This document shows, piece after piece, positions 54,577-64,000 of a stretch of 64,000 nucleotides of DNA. The stretch comes from Bacillota bacterium (lineage in GTDB: Bacteria > Bacillota > Clostridia > Acetivibrionales > DTU013): assembly GCA_023409735.1 (NCBI GenBank), contig JAEYRB010000006.1, positions 10,027-74,026 of the forward strand, given 5' to 3'. Within the stretch, counting starts at the first letter, position 1; each line of letters opens with the position of its first letter. Position numbers and translations under genes: made by a program. The notes under the pieces are model-generated. The model saw nothing but the letters and a program-made list of their open reading frames with translations, searched no databases and was not told the origin of the DNA.

Positions 54577-55758
54577 ATGTTATTTATTAAGAATGCAAAA
54601 TTGCTGACAATGTCAGGCATTAATTATGATAAAGGGTATGTTGCAATAGATGAGGGGAAAATAACAGCGCTGGGCAGCGATGCCGCAGAGGCTCAAAGCT
54701 TGGAAAGGGAATGCAGAGGCGAGGTAATTGATGCTGAAGGCTGCTATGTGCTGCCCGGATTTATTGATGCTCATTGCCACATTGGAATGTGGGAGGATTC
54801 GGTCGGGTTTGAAGGCGATGATGGAAATGAAATGACCGATCCTGTGACTCCGCAGTTAAGAGCCATTGATGCCATATACCATGCCGACAGGTCATTTGAA
54901 GAAGCAAGGGAGGCTGGTATAACTACAGTTGTCACCGGGCCGGGAAGCGCAAATGTTATAGGTGGGCAGTTCGCAGCTCTCAAGACATACGGCCGCAGCG
55001 TTGATGATATGCTCCTAAAGTCGCCTGTAGCAATGAAGGTTGCCTTTGGAGAAAATCCTAAAACAGTTTACCATGAGAAAAGACAGTCCCCCACAACAAG
55101 AATGGCTACGGCGGCAATACTGAGAGAAAGCCTTATGAAGGCACGGGAATACAAGCAGATGCTTGATGATTATGAACGCGACAGTGAAAATAATGATAAG
55201 CCCGACTATGATATTAAGCTGGATGCTTTGATGAAGGTGCTAAATGGCGAGCTTATGGTAAAGGCGCATGCTCACAGAGCGGATGACATACTTACAGCAC
55301 TGCGTATAGCGAAGGAATTCGGACTGAAGATGACGATAGAGCATTGTACGGAGGGGCACCTTATAGCTGATATATTGAAGGAAGAAAACGTATCTGTGAT
55401 TTCGGGGCCGTTCCTTACTGACAGGTCTAAAATAGAATTGCGTAATCAAAGTACTAAAACTCCGGGTATATTGTCAAAGGCAGGGATAAAGGTTGCTATT
55501 ATGACAGATCATCCATGTACACCTGTACAGTATTTGCCTCTTTGCGCTGCAGTAGCTGTTAAAGAGGGGATGGATGAGAAGGAAGCTCTTAAGGCGATCA
55601 CTATAAATGCGGCTGAGATTACAGGTATAGATGACAGGGTGGGAAGCCTTGATGTTGGCAAGGATGCAGATATAATAATTATGGACGGTGCACCTCTGGA
55701 GCTTAAATCAAAGGTGCTTTATGCTATAATAAATGGTCAGGTGGTAAAAAGAGTATGA
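54577..55758 (+). CDS. metal-dependent amidohydrolase
   Basis: GFIDAHCHIG (HxH metal site) and a C-terminal GSLDVGKDADI motif. Confidence 0.8.
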   Translation: MLFIKNAKLLTMSGINYDKGYVAIDEGKITALGSDAAEAQSLERECRGEVIDAEGCYVLPGFIDAHCHIGMWEDSVGFEGDDGNEMTDPVTPQLRAIDAIYHADRSFEEAREAGITTVVTGPGSANVIGGQFAALKTYGRSVDDMLLKSPVAMKVAFGENPKTVYHEKRQSPTTRMATAAILRESLMKAREYKQMLDDYERDSENNDKPDYDIKLDALMKVLNGELMVKAHAHRADDILTALRIAKEFGLKMTIEHCTEGHLIADILKEENVSVISGPFLTDRSKIELRNQSTKTPGILSKAGIKVAIMTDHPCTPVQYLPLCAAVAVKEGMDEKEALKAITINAAEITGIDDRVGSLDVGKDADIIIMDGAPLELKSKVLYAIINGQVVKRV

Positions 55759-56234
55759 TGAAATATCATGCAGGTTCTCCCATTGAAACAGAAAAATTGG
55801 GACATAGACTGGGCAATATTTTGCAAAAAGGTGATATTGTATGCCTGACAGGAGATCTCGGCACCGGTAAGACTGCCTTCACAGGAGGTATTGCAAAAGC
55901 CTTAGGGGTCGATGACTATATCACCAGTCCGACATTTATAATTGTCAATGAGTATGAGGGAAAAATTCCGCTATACCATTTTGATGTATATAGAATAGGC
56001 AGCTCTGATGAAATGTTTGATATTGGCTTTGATGAGTATATCTCAGGAAACGGTGTTGTCGTTATAGAATGGGCTGAACTTATTATGGACATACTTCCGG
56101 AAGAACGTATTAATGTTACTATCGAAAAGGATCGCACCGATATGGTCGATAGCAGGCTTATTACAATAGAATTCAACGGAGCACGTCTCAAAGAATATGA
56201 AAGGAAGCTGACTAATGAAAGCGCTGGCAATTGA
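55755..56234 (+). CDS. tsaE: tRNA t6A37 biosynthesis ATPase TsaE
   Basis: GDLGTGKTAFTGGI P-loop, SPTF, HFDVYR motifs. Confidence 0.85.
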   Translation: MMKYHAGSPIETEKLGHRLGNILQKGDIVCLTGDLGTGKTAFTGGIAKALGVDDYITSPTFIIVNEYEGKIPLYHFDVYRIGSSDEMFDIGFDEYISGNGVVVIEWAELIMDILPEERINVTIEKDRTDMVDSRLITIEFNGARLKEYERKLTNESAGN

Positions 56235-56925
56235 TACTTCAACATCTATGGCAGGTGTTGCTGTAGCTGATGAGAACGGACTATTAGGAGAGTATTCGAT
56301 TAACGATAAAAAGACACATTCCCAAAAGCTTGTACCTATGCTTGACGAGCTCCTTAAAAGCTTACAGTTATGTACAGAAGATATAGATGTTTTTGCGGCA
56401 ATAACAGGGCCTGGCTCGTTTACCGGAATCAGAATAGGCGTTACGACAATTAAAGCGATGGCGTATGCCGGGCAGAAACCGACAGTAGGGATCACCTCTC
56501 TTGATGCACTAGCTGAAGCTGTTCCTGCTTTCGGGGACACATTGGTTTGTCCCATGCTTGATGCCAGGAACAACCAGGTCTACACTGCAATTTATAAGTG
56601 CAAGAACGGTGTTATGACAAATTTGTCCGGCTATATGGGAATACATATATCTGAGCTTGCTAAACAACTGGAAGAAAAAAATGCCAATATTATATTTACC
56701 GGTGATGGGGTACTGCTGCACGAAGACTTTCTTAAAATACAATTAAACGATAAATGCAGCTTTATGCCTGTCACAGCACTTCGGCAGATGGCAGCCTCAG
56801 CGGCCTCGATTGCGGTCAGCCGTGTTTTGAAGGGAGAGACTCTGAGCAGCGTTGAGCTTGAGCCTTTTTACCTTAGACAGTCTCAGGCGGAAAGGGAATT
56901 TGCCAGGAAGAATAACAATGGATAA
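56215..56925 (+). CDS. tsaB: tRNA t6A37 biosynthesis protein TsaB
   Basis: LAIDTST start and GPGSFTGIRIGV motif. Follows tsaE. Confidence 0.85.
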   Translation: MKALAIDTSTSMAGVAVADENGLLGEYSINDKKTHSQKLVPMLDELLKSLQLCTEDIDVFAAITGPGSFTGIRIGVTTIKAMAYAGQKPTVGITSLDALAEAVPAFGDTLVCPMLDARNNQVYTAIYKCKNGVMTNLSGYMGIHISELAKQLEEKNANIIFTGDGVLLHEDFLKIQLNDKCSFMPVTALRQMAASAASIAVSRVLKGETLSSVELEPFYLRQSQAEREFARKNNNG

Positions 56926-57367
56926 TGCAAAGATCATTATTGCCAAAAGCGAAAATATTGACGATATAATGGTTATAGAGAACCTCAGCTTTAAGGTACC
57001 ATGGTCAAGAAAGTCCATAACCGAGGAAATCATCGAAAACGACATGGCTGTTTATATATGTGCTGTTATTGATGGTAAAGCAATTGGTTATGCAGGTATG
57101 TGGCATGTGTGTGATGAGGGGCATATTACAAATATTGCAGTACATCCCGAATTCAGAGGCGGTGGGATAGGCAGTATTCTCGTTGAGGCACTGCTGTCTA
57201 TTGCAAAAGAGAACGGTATTAATGATCTCACCCTGGAGGTTAGACAAAGTAATATAATTGCACAATCATTATATAAAAAGTATGGATTCAAAGAATGTGG
57301 AGGCCGTAAAGCATATTATGCTGACAACAAGGAGGATGCCATAATTATGTGGAAGCATATGCTGTAG
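56918..57367 (+). CDS. rimI: ribosomal-protein-alanine N-acetyltransferase (GNAT)
   Basis: GNAT motif A (NIAVHPEFRGGGIGSILV). Canonical position after tsaB. The ATG at 56918 overlaps the tsaB stop. Confidence 0.8.
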   Translation: MDNAKIIIAKSENIDDIMVIENLSFKVPWSRKSITEEIIENDMAVYICAVIDGKAIGYAGMWHVCDEGHITNIAVHPEFRGGGIGSILVEALLSIAKENGINDLTLEVRQSNIIAQSLYKKYGFKECGGRKAYYADNKEDAIIMWKHML

Positions 57368-57561
57368 TGAGGTAATAATGATAGATGGCTTAAAGCACAA
57401 GGTAACAATAAATGGAGAACTTTGCCTGAAGTTAATTTTTTGAAATTAATTTTCTACTTTTGATAGTAATATCTACATGTTATAATTATTTGCAGCCGGT
57501 TAGAGTGCATAAGTTATTTCAGACATGGTTTTCACTTTATCGTATAATTCATATAGGTAAG

Positions 57562-58131
57562 GTGGTGAGAACCGAATTGGAGCTGACCGACTATGAACTC
57601 ATACAGGAGTGTTTATCAGGACGGCAGGAATATTTTGAAGAACTGGTAACCAGATATAAAAGATTGATCTACAGTGTAGTGTATAACATGATAAGCGATA
57701 AAGAAGAGGTCAGCGACATATCTCAGGAGGTGTTTTTAAGAATCTACAAATCACTTGCCAGATACAATCCTGAGTACAAGTTCTCTACCTGGGCAGCTAG
57801 AATTGCCACAAATCTCTGCCTTGATATACACCGCAAGAAAAAGGTTGACTCTATGCCGATTGAGGAAATAGAGGGAATGTCGGATGATATAGATACACCT
57901 GAGGAAAGTTATCTTCAAAAGGAACGTTCTGAGAGAATTAAAAAAGCAATTGATGCTTTACCTGAGAAATATAGGGTTACGATAATACTCTTCCATCAAA
58001 ATGGTCTGTCCTATGAAGAGATGACCAAGGTGCTGGGAGAACCGATGACTATAATAAAAAACAGGCTCTATAGAGCAAGACTAATGCTTAGAGAATCGCT
58101 CATGCCTGATAGAAAGGAGGAGGTGCTATGA
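57562..58131 (+). CDS. ECF-type RNA polymerase sigma factor; start uncertain (GTG 57562 to TTG 57577)
   Basis: Region 2 (EVFLRIYKSLARYNPEYKFSTWAARIATNLCLDIHRKKK) and region 4 (LPEKYRVTIILFHQNGLSYEEMTKVLG). Confidence 0.8.
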   Translation: MVRTELELTDYELIQECLSGRQEYFEELVTRYKRLIYSVVYNMISDKEEVSDISQEVFLRIYKSLARYNPEYKFSTWAARIATNLCLDIHRKKKVDSMPIEEIEGMSDDIDTPEESYLQKERSERIKKAIDALPEKYRVTIILFHQNGLSYEEMTKVLGEPMTIIKNRLYRARLMLRESLMPDRKEEVL

Positions 58132-58706
58132 ACTGTAATACAAGCAAGGAATATATAATGAAATATTTTGATGGGGAAAAATCTATTGCTCAAGATGAGC
58201 AATTTAAAAAGCATTTAGATAGCTGCCCGGACTGCAGGGATGAATTCAGCAGCATGGAAACCATATTTGAATCAATAGAGGAGCAAGCTGCTGTTGAGCC
58301 TCCGGAAAATTTTGAGGCGATGGTCATGGAAAAGGTTAACCTTTATGAGAAGCAGCGAAGCAAGAGAAATTCAACACTCATAGTACTTACCTACAACGCA
58401 GCAACGTTATTATCAATTGTACTGCTGCTGATTTTTGTCGCAGATATAAAGCAGTTCAGCGTTTTAACTGCATTTGAACAGATAAAAGAGTATATTGGCT
58501 CTTTTTCAAGTGCTACAGAAGCTGTTTTTGGGGTTGTAGGGGATATATCAAGACTTCTGGGAAATGCAATTGTAACTGTTGCAAAAGCCGCATTTACTGT
58601 TGTTAGATCATATTATTATGTATTCCTGGCTCTCATTGTAATGCTGTTTGCTATAGAGAAACTGTTTAGCTATGTATGCAAACTGGGCAGGGAGGAAACA
58701 AAATGA
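58128..58706 (+). CDS. anti-sigma factor (zf-HC2) with TM segments
   Basis: HLDSCPDCRDEF matches the H-x3-C-x2-C zinc motif. Coupled to the sigma gene by an ATGA overlap. Confidence 0.7.
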   Translation: MNCNTSKEYIMKYFDGEKSIAQDEQFKKHLDSCPDCRDEFSSMETIFESIEEQAAVEPPENFEAMVMEKVNLYEKQRSKRNSTLIVLTYNAATLLSIVLLLIFVADIKQFSVLTAFEQIKEYIGSFSSATEAVFGVVGDISRLLGNAIVTVAKAAFTVVRSYYYVFLALIVMLFAIEKLFSYVCKLGREETK

Positions 58707-59602
58707 AAAAGCTTACAGCATTGATTGCCTTAATTATGGTAACTTTGTTCTGTGTGATCCCTGTTTATGCGGCAGGAGTGTACATTTCTTCACAGGGCAG
58801 TGACAAGATAAGCTTAATGGATAATATTACAATAGGTGAAAGCATTAATGGAAATGTTATATCTGTTCTCGGAGATGTAACAGTGAACGAAGTAGTAAAT
58901 GGGCAGGTTATTGCTGTTTTTGGCGATGTATATGTAAATTCTCTGGTATCAGGACAGGTCGTTACTATTTTTGGAAATACGCATATGAACGAAAAAGCAA
59001 ATGTAACAGGCGATGTTATCACCATTGGCTCGCTGCATAGGGCTAAAGGATCCAATATAGGCGGACAGGAGGTCCGGATCTTTGGAGAAGCAATGAATCT
59101 GGATATTAGCTCTATACTGTATCTCAGGCTCGCAATAATGATGCTAATGACATTTTCTGTATTAGCTGTAGGCTTGGTACTTATAACATTGCAGAAAAAG
59201 AAATATAAAGAAATCTCCGGAAACATAGATAAAAATCTCAGCAAAAAGCTGCTGATGGGCGTCTTGTCATTCCTTGCAGTTAGCATTATGCTTATCCTTC
59301 TAGTTGTTACATTAATTGCACCATTTGTGTACATAATAATACTGATATTGTCCACAGTTGCAGCAAGTATGTTAGCCGGAAAGCTAATTCTCAATTCCTT
59401 TAGTCAGTCCAACAGCGTATATATGGAATTTATTACCGGATTGATAACAATATCACTTGTTAAGCTTCTGGTGATTTTTGCTGTGCCACAGAGTAATGTA
59501 ATTCTAGGGCTGGCGTTGGTTGGCATAATTGACATGTTAATTTATTCTGCCGGACTTGGAGTACTGGTGGAGAAACGTTTTGTTGAAAATGAAAGAAAAT
59601 AA
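58703..59602 (+). CDS. membrane protein with bactofilin-like beta-helix repeats and C-terminal TM bundle
   Basis: Signal/anchor, then repeats GNVISVLGDVTVNEVVNGQVIAVFGDVYVNSLVSGQVVTIFGN, then about 4 TM segments. Overlaps the anti-sigma stop. Confidence 0.55.
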   Translation: MKKLTALIALIMVTLFCVIPVYAAGVYISSQGSDKISLMDNITIGESINGNVISVLGDVTVNEVVNGQVIAVFGDVYVNSLVSGQVVTIFGNTHMNEKANVTGDVITIGSLHRAKGSNIGGQEVRIFGEAMNLDISSILYLRLAIMMLMTFSVLAVGLVLITLQKKKYKEISGNIDKNLSKKLLMGVLSFLAVSIMLILLVVTLIAPFVYIIILILSTVAASMLAGKLILNSFSQSNSVYMEFITGLITISLVKLLVIFAVPQSNVILGLALVGIIDMLIYSAGLGVLVEKRFVENERK

Positions 59603-59698
59603 GAATTAAATATTCTCTGATATAGAAAAAAAACCAATGTATTAGCTTCAGGTACATCACTGATAATAAATATACTTTTTTATTTTTAGGGTGATTAC

Positions 59699-60877
59699 AT
59701 GAAGCTATTATTTTTACGTATAATTCCGGTAATGATGATAATATTACTGCTCTGCAGCTGTACTCAAGCCGGCAATGAGCTGAAGGATCACTCTGAGCAA
59801 AGGCTAGATGTAAACAGTGGCAGCGCAACGGGGCAGCTTGATAATAATTCAAATGGCAATGCGGCCAATAAAAGGACAGCAGACGAGAATATGCCTGATG
59901 TAGGTGGTAGACCAGAGACACAGGCAGATGTTGACAATGGATATTCAGCAGCAGGCGGTAAACCCGGCACACAGATAGGGGCCGGCAGTGATGCCTCAAT
60001 GCCAGGCGGCAAGCCCGGCACACAGATAGTGGCCGGCAGTGATGACTCAATTCCAGGTGGTAAACCCGGCACACAGATAGCGGCAAGCGGCAACGGTTTG
60101 CCGGCGGTGGGCGCCAAAAAGGGTGGAACCTATGTGGCAAAGAACGTATATTTAGAAGGGCAGAATGTAGGTGGATTATCTGAAAAGCAGCTTGCAGCCA
60201 GGTTACAAAAAATTGCAGATCAAAAAAATGTTAGCGCCAGGAATGCCGTATATAATCAAAAGACCTGGGAAGTCACCAAGGAGCAGGTCGGCAGAAGGCT
60301 TGATGCCGAAAAACTGATGAAAGCTATACTATCAGCAGGTCCGGGCGAAAGGTTCAAATATGAATATATCAGCATATATCCCGAGGTTACAAAAGAACAG
60401 TTCATAACGGTAGGGGTAATTTCTGAATTTTCCACAAAGCTTATTGATAGAAGCAGGTCAAGAATATATAACATAAAGCGTGCGGGAAATAGTATGAACA
60501 ACAGGATCATAATGCCGGGAAGAGAGTTTTCATTTAACAGGGTAACAGGAGGCAGAACTCTTTCTGATGGATATAGGTTGGCTACAATAATTAAAAAAAC
60601 ACCCGAAGGCGTAAAGCATGTTAAAGGGCCGGCAGGAGGAGTCTGCCAGCTTTCTACTACAGTGTATAATGCCGCATTGAGGGCAAATCTTAAAATTACT
60701 GAGAGGCATGAGCATTCTGATGAGGTTCCGTATGTAAAGGATGGAATGGATGCTACTGTTATGTATGGTGGGGTTGATCTGAAGTTTATGAATAACAGGG
60801 ATCATCCTGTAATGATCAAGGTAATAGTCGGAAAAAAGTATGTGACGGTACGGTTCCTTGAAAACACAGGCCTCTGA
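59699..60877 (+). CDS. VanW-family lipoprotein
   Basis: Lipobox LLLCSC. The C-terminal region GREFSFNRVTGGR...GGVCQLSTTVYNAALRANL...RHEHS is VanW-like. Confidence 0.8.
   Translation: MKLLFLRIIPVMMIILLLCSCTQAGNELKDHSEQRLDVNSGSATGQLDNNSNGNAANKRTADENMPDVGGRPETQADVDNGYSAAGGKPGTQIGAGSDASMPGGKPGTQIVAGSDDSIPGGKPGTQIAASGNGLPAVGAKKGGTYVAKNVYLEGQNVGGLSEKQLAARLQKIADQKNVSARNAVYNQKTWEVTKEQVGRRLDAEKLMKAILSAGPGERFKYEYISIYPEVTKEQFITVGVISEFSTKLIDRSRSRIYNIKRAGNSMNNRIIMPGREFSFNRVTGGRTLSDGYRLATIIKKTPEGVKHVKGPAGGVCQLSTTVYNAALRANLKITERHEHSDEVPYVKDGMDATVMYGGVDLKFMNNRDHPVMIKVIVGKKYVTVRFLENTGL
59954..60092 (+). repeat. in-frame 51-bp tandem repeat, about 2.7 copies, encoding GGKPGTQI.AGSD.S.P
   Basis: Unit starts at 59954, 60005 and 60056. 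Confidence 0.85.
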
Positions 60878-61087
60878 AGAGTAAACTGCTCCACCTAAAC
60901 TTATGTAAGTAAAAATATGCAGCAACCGGCAATATGCCAGCGATTTTCATGCCAGTTTGATCAAAAATATGCAGGTGAAGATCAAATAGTATGTGAAAGT
61001 TAATTATAGTCAAGTGTAATACTTTCTGATATAATTAATTTAATGTTTATGATTGTAATTAGTTGATTTACAAAGCGGAGGAAGAAA

Positions 61088-61357
61088 ATGATAGTTCGAG
61101 AAGTAACAATAAAAAATTTATCCGGTCTTCAATCAAAATCTGCTGCTATATTTATTCAGAAGGCATCAAATTATAAGTCAAGTATCTGGATAACGAAGGA
61201 GGACAGAAGAGCCAACGCAAAAAGTCTTCTGGGAGTGCTATCATTGAATATCGGACCTGATACAAAGCTGTCACTTTCATTTGAAGGTGATGACGAGGTA
61301 GAAGCCGCTGAGGAGCTTGAAAAGTATTTGGTATCTGATTCGGGAGAGATTGCTTAA
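61088..61357 (+). CDS. HPr-family protein lacking the His15 phosphorylation site (Crh-like)
   Basis: HPr fold pattern with GLQSKSA in place of GLHARPA (Gln at position 15). The Ser46 context KSLLGV is retained. Confidence 0.8.
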   Translation: MIVREVTIKNLSGLQSKSAAIFIQKASNYKSSIWITKEDRRANAKSLLGVLSLNIGPDTKLSLSFEGDDEVEAAEELEKYLVSDSGEIA

Positions 61358-61360
61358 ATA

Positions 61361-63454
61361 ATGTTCGACATACAAGAAGAACTAAAAAAACTGCCCGACA
61401 AGTCGGGCGTTTATATTATGAAGGACGAAAAGGGCAATATTATTTACATTGGTAAGGCCGTTGTTCTGAAAAACAGAGTACGGCAATATTTTCATGCATC
61501 CTCTAACCACACGCCCAAGGTTTTAGCAATGGTGGCTAAAATAAGCGAATTCGAGTATATAGTTACTGATACAGAGCTTGAAGCACTCATATTAGAGTGT
61601 AACCTAATAAAAAAATTCAGACCAAAATTTAATATTCTGCTTAAGGATGACAAAACATATCCTTATATAAAGGTTACAATGAACGAGGATTATCCTCGTA
61701 TTTTTATGACAAGGCGGATAGAGAAAAACGGAGCAAAATATTTCGGTCCATACTCTAACGTGTTTTCTGTAAAGGAGACACTAAACCTCATAAGAAAGAT
61801 ATTTCCCATAAAATCATGTAAGCGTGAGTTACCTAGAGATATAGGAAAGGGAAGACCTTGTCTTAACTATCATATTAAGCAGTGCCTTGGACCATGTACG
61901 GGAAATGTGGACAAGGAAGAATACAGGGCTGTTATGCAGGATATATGCTCATTCCTTGATGGGAAACAGGATATAATTATAACAAAGCTTGAGAAAAAAA
62001 TGCAGGATGCAGCTGAACGACTAGATTTTGAGGAAGCTGCAGCATTGAGGGATAAGCTTGCAAGCCTTAGAAGTATTACAGAGGAGCAGAAGGTACTGTC
62101 TATTGCCGGAGTTGATCAGGACGTGGTAGGCTTTGCTTCAAATAAGACAGATACATGTGTGCAGGTGTTTTTTGTAAGGGGAGGAAAACTTCTCGGAAGA
62201 GAGCATTTTATAATTGAGGGAAGCGGAGAGGGTGAGCTTGGTGAGCTGGCGTCATCGTTCCTCAAACAGTTTTATGCATCTGCCTCGCTGATACCTCCGG
62301 AAATAGTTGTAGCAACAGATTTTGACGACATTGAAGTTATAGAAGAATGGCTGAGTTCAAAAAGAGGCGGAAGAGTTCGCATAAAGGTACCAAAAAGAGG
62401 CGAAAAGCTGCATATGGTAGAAATGGTATCACAAAATGCCGAGATTGAGCTTACCCGTTTTACAGAGAAGATTACAGGCGACGAGTCAGTACAGGCAGGG
62501 CTGATGGAAATGACAGAGCTTTTAGGACTGCCCAATATACCTGAGAGAATAGAGGCATATGATATATCAAATACAGGTTCCACGGAAATCGTAGCCTCAA
62601 TGGTAGTGTTTGAACATGGAGTCCCTGCAAAGAAGGAATATAGGCACTTCAAGGTCCGCTCAACAGGCGGGCAGGACGATTATGCCAGTATGCAGGAGAC
62701 ATTGTACAGAAGATTATGCCATGGACTGGCTGAAAAGGAGCAGATTGAACAATCAGTCAGGGGTGTAGGCATACAGCAGGAACAGCTGAGTAAACCAGAA
62801 GCCGGAGGACGGAGTGAACAGCCTGAGGATATAATTATGATGCAGACGGAGGATGGTCAGGTTGAGCAGCCGGCAGATGCTCAAACATTGCAGTTTAAAG
62901 ATTGCCAGACTGAGCTGAGCCAGGATAACCAGGATGAACTGCAGTTAGGACTGATTGAACAGCAGAAGGACAATGAAATTGTCAGAAAGGCTGTGAAACC
63001 GGTAAAGACAGGCTTCAGCAAGCTGCCTGACATAATCCTCCTTGATGGTGGCGCGGGACACGTTAACGCAGTTAGCAAGGTGCTTGATCAGCTTAATGTC
63101 AGCATACCGCTTTTCGGTATGGTAAAGGACGACAAGCACCGTACCAGGGGACTTGTTGTGCAGGATGATGTGATTGATATTACAAAAAATCTTACAGTAC
63201 TTAGGCTTGTAACAGCTATACAGGATGAGGCTCACAGATTTGCTCTCGAGTATAATAAAAAGCTCAGGACAAAGAGATATGCAAGATCTGTACTGGACGA
63301 TATTGACGGAATCGGACAGAAACGCAAGAAGGCACTTTTGAAGCACTTCGGCTCTGTGAGCAATATAAAGCAGGCAGGGGTCGATGACCTATCAGCAGTT
63401 GAAGGGATAAGTGTGCCTATTGCCGAAAGAATATATGAATTCTTCCATAACTAG
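61361..63454 (+). CDS. uvrC: excinuclease ABC subunit C
   Basis: GIY-YIG (SGVYIMKDEKGNIIYIGKA), a UVR domain, an endonuclease domain and a C-terminal HhH2 (IDGIGQKRKKALLKHFGS). Confidence 0.95.
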   Translation: MFDIQEELKKLPDKSGVYIMKDEKGNIIYIGKAVVLKNRVRQYFHASSNHTPKVLAMVAKISEFEYIVTDTELEALILECNLIKKFRPKFNILLKDDKTYPYIKVTMNEDYPRIFMTRRIEKNGAKYFGPYSNVFSVKETLNLIRKIFPIKSCKRELPRDIGKGRPCLNYHIKQCLGPCTGNVDKEEYRAVMQDICSFLDGKQDIIITKLEKKMQDAAERLDFEEAAALRDKLASLRSITEEQKVLSIAGVDQDVVGFASNKTDTCVQVFFVRGGKLLGREHFIIEGSGEGELGELASSFLKQFYASASLIPPEIVVATDFDDIEVIEEWLSSKRGGRVRIKVPKRGEKLHMVEMVSQNAEIELTRFTEKITGDESVQAGLMEMTELLGLPNIPERIEAYDISNTGSTEIVASMVVFEHGVPAKKEYRHFKVRSTGGQDDYASMQETLYRRLCHGLAEKEQIEQSVRGVGIQQEQLSKPEAGGRSEQPEDIIMMQTEDGQVEQPADAQTLQFKDCQTELSQDNQDELQLGLIEQQKDNEIVRKAVKPVKTGFSKLPDIILLDGGAGHVNAVSKVLDQLNVSIPLFGMVKDDKHRTRGLVVQDDVIDITKNLTVLRLVTAIQDEAHRFALEYNKKLRTKRYARSVLDDIDGIGQKRKKALLKHFGSVSNIKQAGVDDLSAVEGISVPIAERIYEFFHN

Positions 63455-63662
63455 CTTATTGTCAATGATACTTGAAATATTATGACTCTTCAGGTAAGAA
63501 ATTTACGGAGCTGTTGCACAATGACGAAATCGAAGCTTCATTATGACTCTTCCATTAACACTTGTATATTTACAGCGGAGCCTGAAGATAGCCGCAAATA
63601 CTTTACCAAAATGTAGCACATGATCGGTTAGACTGCTGCTAATGCTGAAAGGAAGCAGAAAT

Positions 63663-64000
63663 ATGGCTATATATGCAATATCGGACCTGCATCTTGCTCT
63701 GAGTGAGGACAAACCAATGGATGTATTCGGAGCACGATGGGCTAATTATATGGATAGGCTCTACGAGAACTGGAATAACGTTGTTAAGGCTGATGATTAT
63801 GTAATAATACCAGGGGACATATCATGGGCAACTTATCTGGAACGGGCATATGATGACTTTGATTTTATTAATAAGCTGCCGGGAAGGAAGATTATTTCAA
63901 AGGGAAACCATGATTATTGGTGGACTACCATAAGCAAGCTGAATAAGTTTTTAGAAGTAAACGGCTTTTCAACTATAAGCTTTATGCATAATAACAGCTA
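63663..64000 (+). CDS. metallophosphoesterase, N-terminal part (continues beyond the window)
   Basis: MAIYAISDLHLAL, IIPGDISW and KGNHDYWW are calcineurin-like phosphoesterase motifs. No stop before the window end. Confidence 0.6.
   Translation, partial: MAIYAISDLHLALSEDKPMDVFGARWANYMDRLYENWNNVVKADDYVIIPGDISWATYLERAYDDFDFINKLPGRKIISKGNHDYWWTTISKLNKFLEVNGFSTISFMHNNS

Noticed and set aside
56043-56573. 176-aa minus-strand ORF, and the similar antisense ORFs 13909..14430 and 58765..59394
   Set aside because: All lie fully within conserved plus-strand genes (tsaE/tsaB, ecfT and the beta-helix membrane protein), with no independent support.
59460-60140. 226-aa minus-strand ORF (His/Arg/Cys/Leu-rich)
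   Set aside because: It is an antisense shadow of the 51-bp coding repeats and the intergenic region. It overlaps two supported plus-strand genes.

Overview
Chromosomal window from a low-GC Firmicutes genome, probably Clostridia. It opens with the conserved ribosomal-protein and translation block: the rpsE end, rpmD, rplO, secY, adk, map, a KOW protein, infA, rpmJ, rpsM, rpsK, rpsD, rpoA, rplQ, ecfA1, then ecfA2, ecfT, truA, rplM and rpsI. Two insertions break this block: a methyltransferase, HtrA-like protease and Zn-dehydrogenase between ecfA1 and ecfA2, and a hexokinase-family gene between ecfT and truA. Directly after rpsI lies a 4.8 kb integrative mobilizable element carrying an HUH Rep, a MobV relaxase and a tyrosine integrase. 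Three copies of an rpsI 3-prime-end mimic, each followed by a terminator (18.1, 22.9 and 27.2 kb), suggest tandem accretion of this element and an integrase-less segment. That segment carries a GC-rich giant SLH/Big_2 surface protein. A second large secreted protein follows behind a shared upstream element of about 97 nt. The remaining 34 kb is accessory and housekeeping. It includes a ykkC (guanidine-I-like) riboswitch on the minus strand upstream of an uncharacterized membrane protein, and a leader-peptide attenuator candidate before an MFS exporter. It also holds GH43, a two-component system with an ABC module, a serine hydrolase, an HHxxxDG acyltransferase, MDH with malic enzyme, a membrane pyrophosphatase, and MarR with a repeat-bearing MFS. 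The window ends with tsaE-tsaB-rimI, an ECF sigma/anti-sigma cluster with VanW, a Crh-like HPr and uvrC. No rRNA, tRNA or CRISPR array was seen. All calls come from reading the sequence and from motif recognition; no database search was run.
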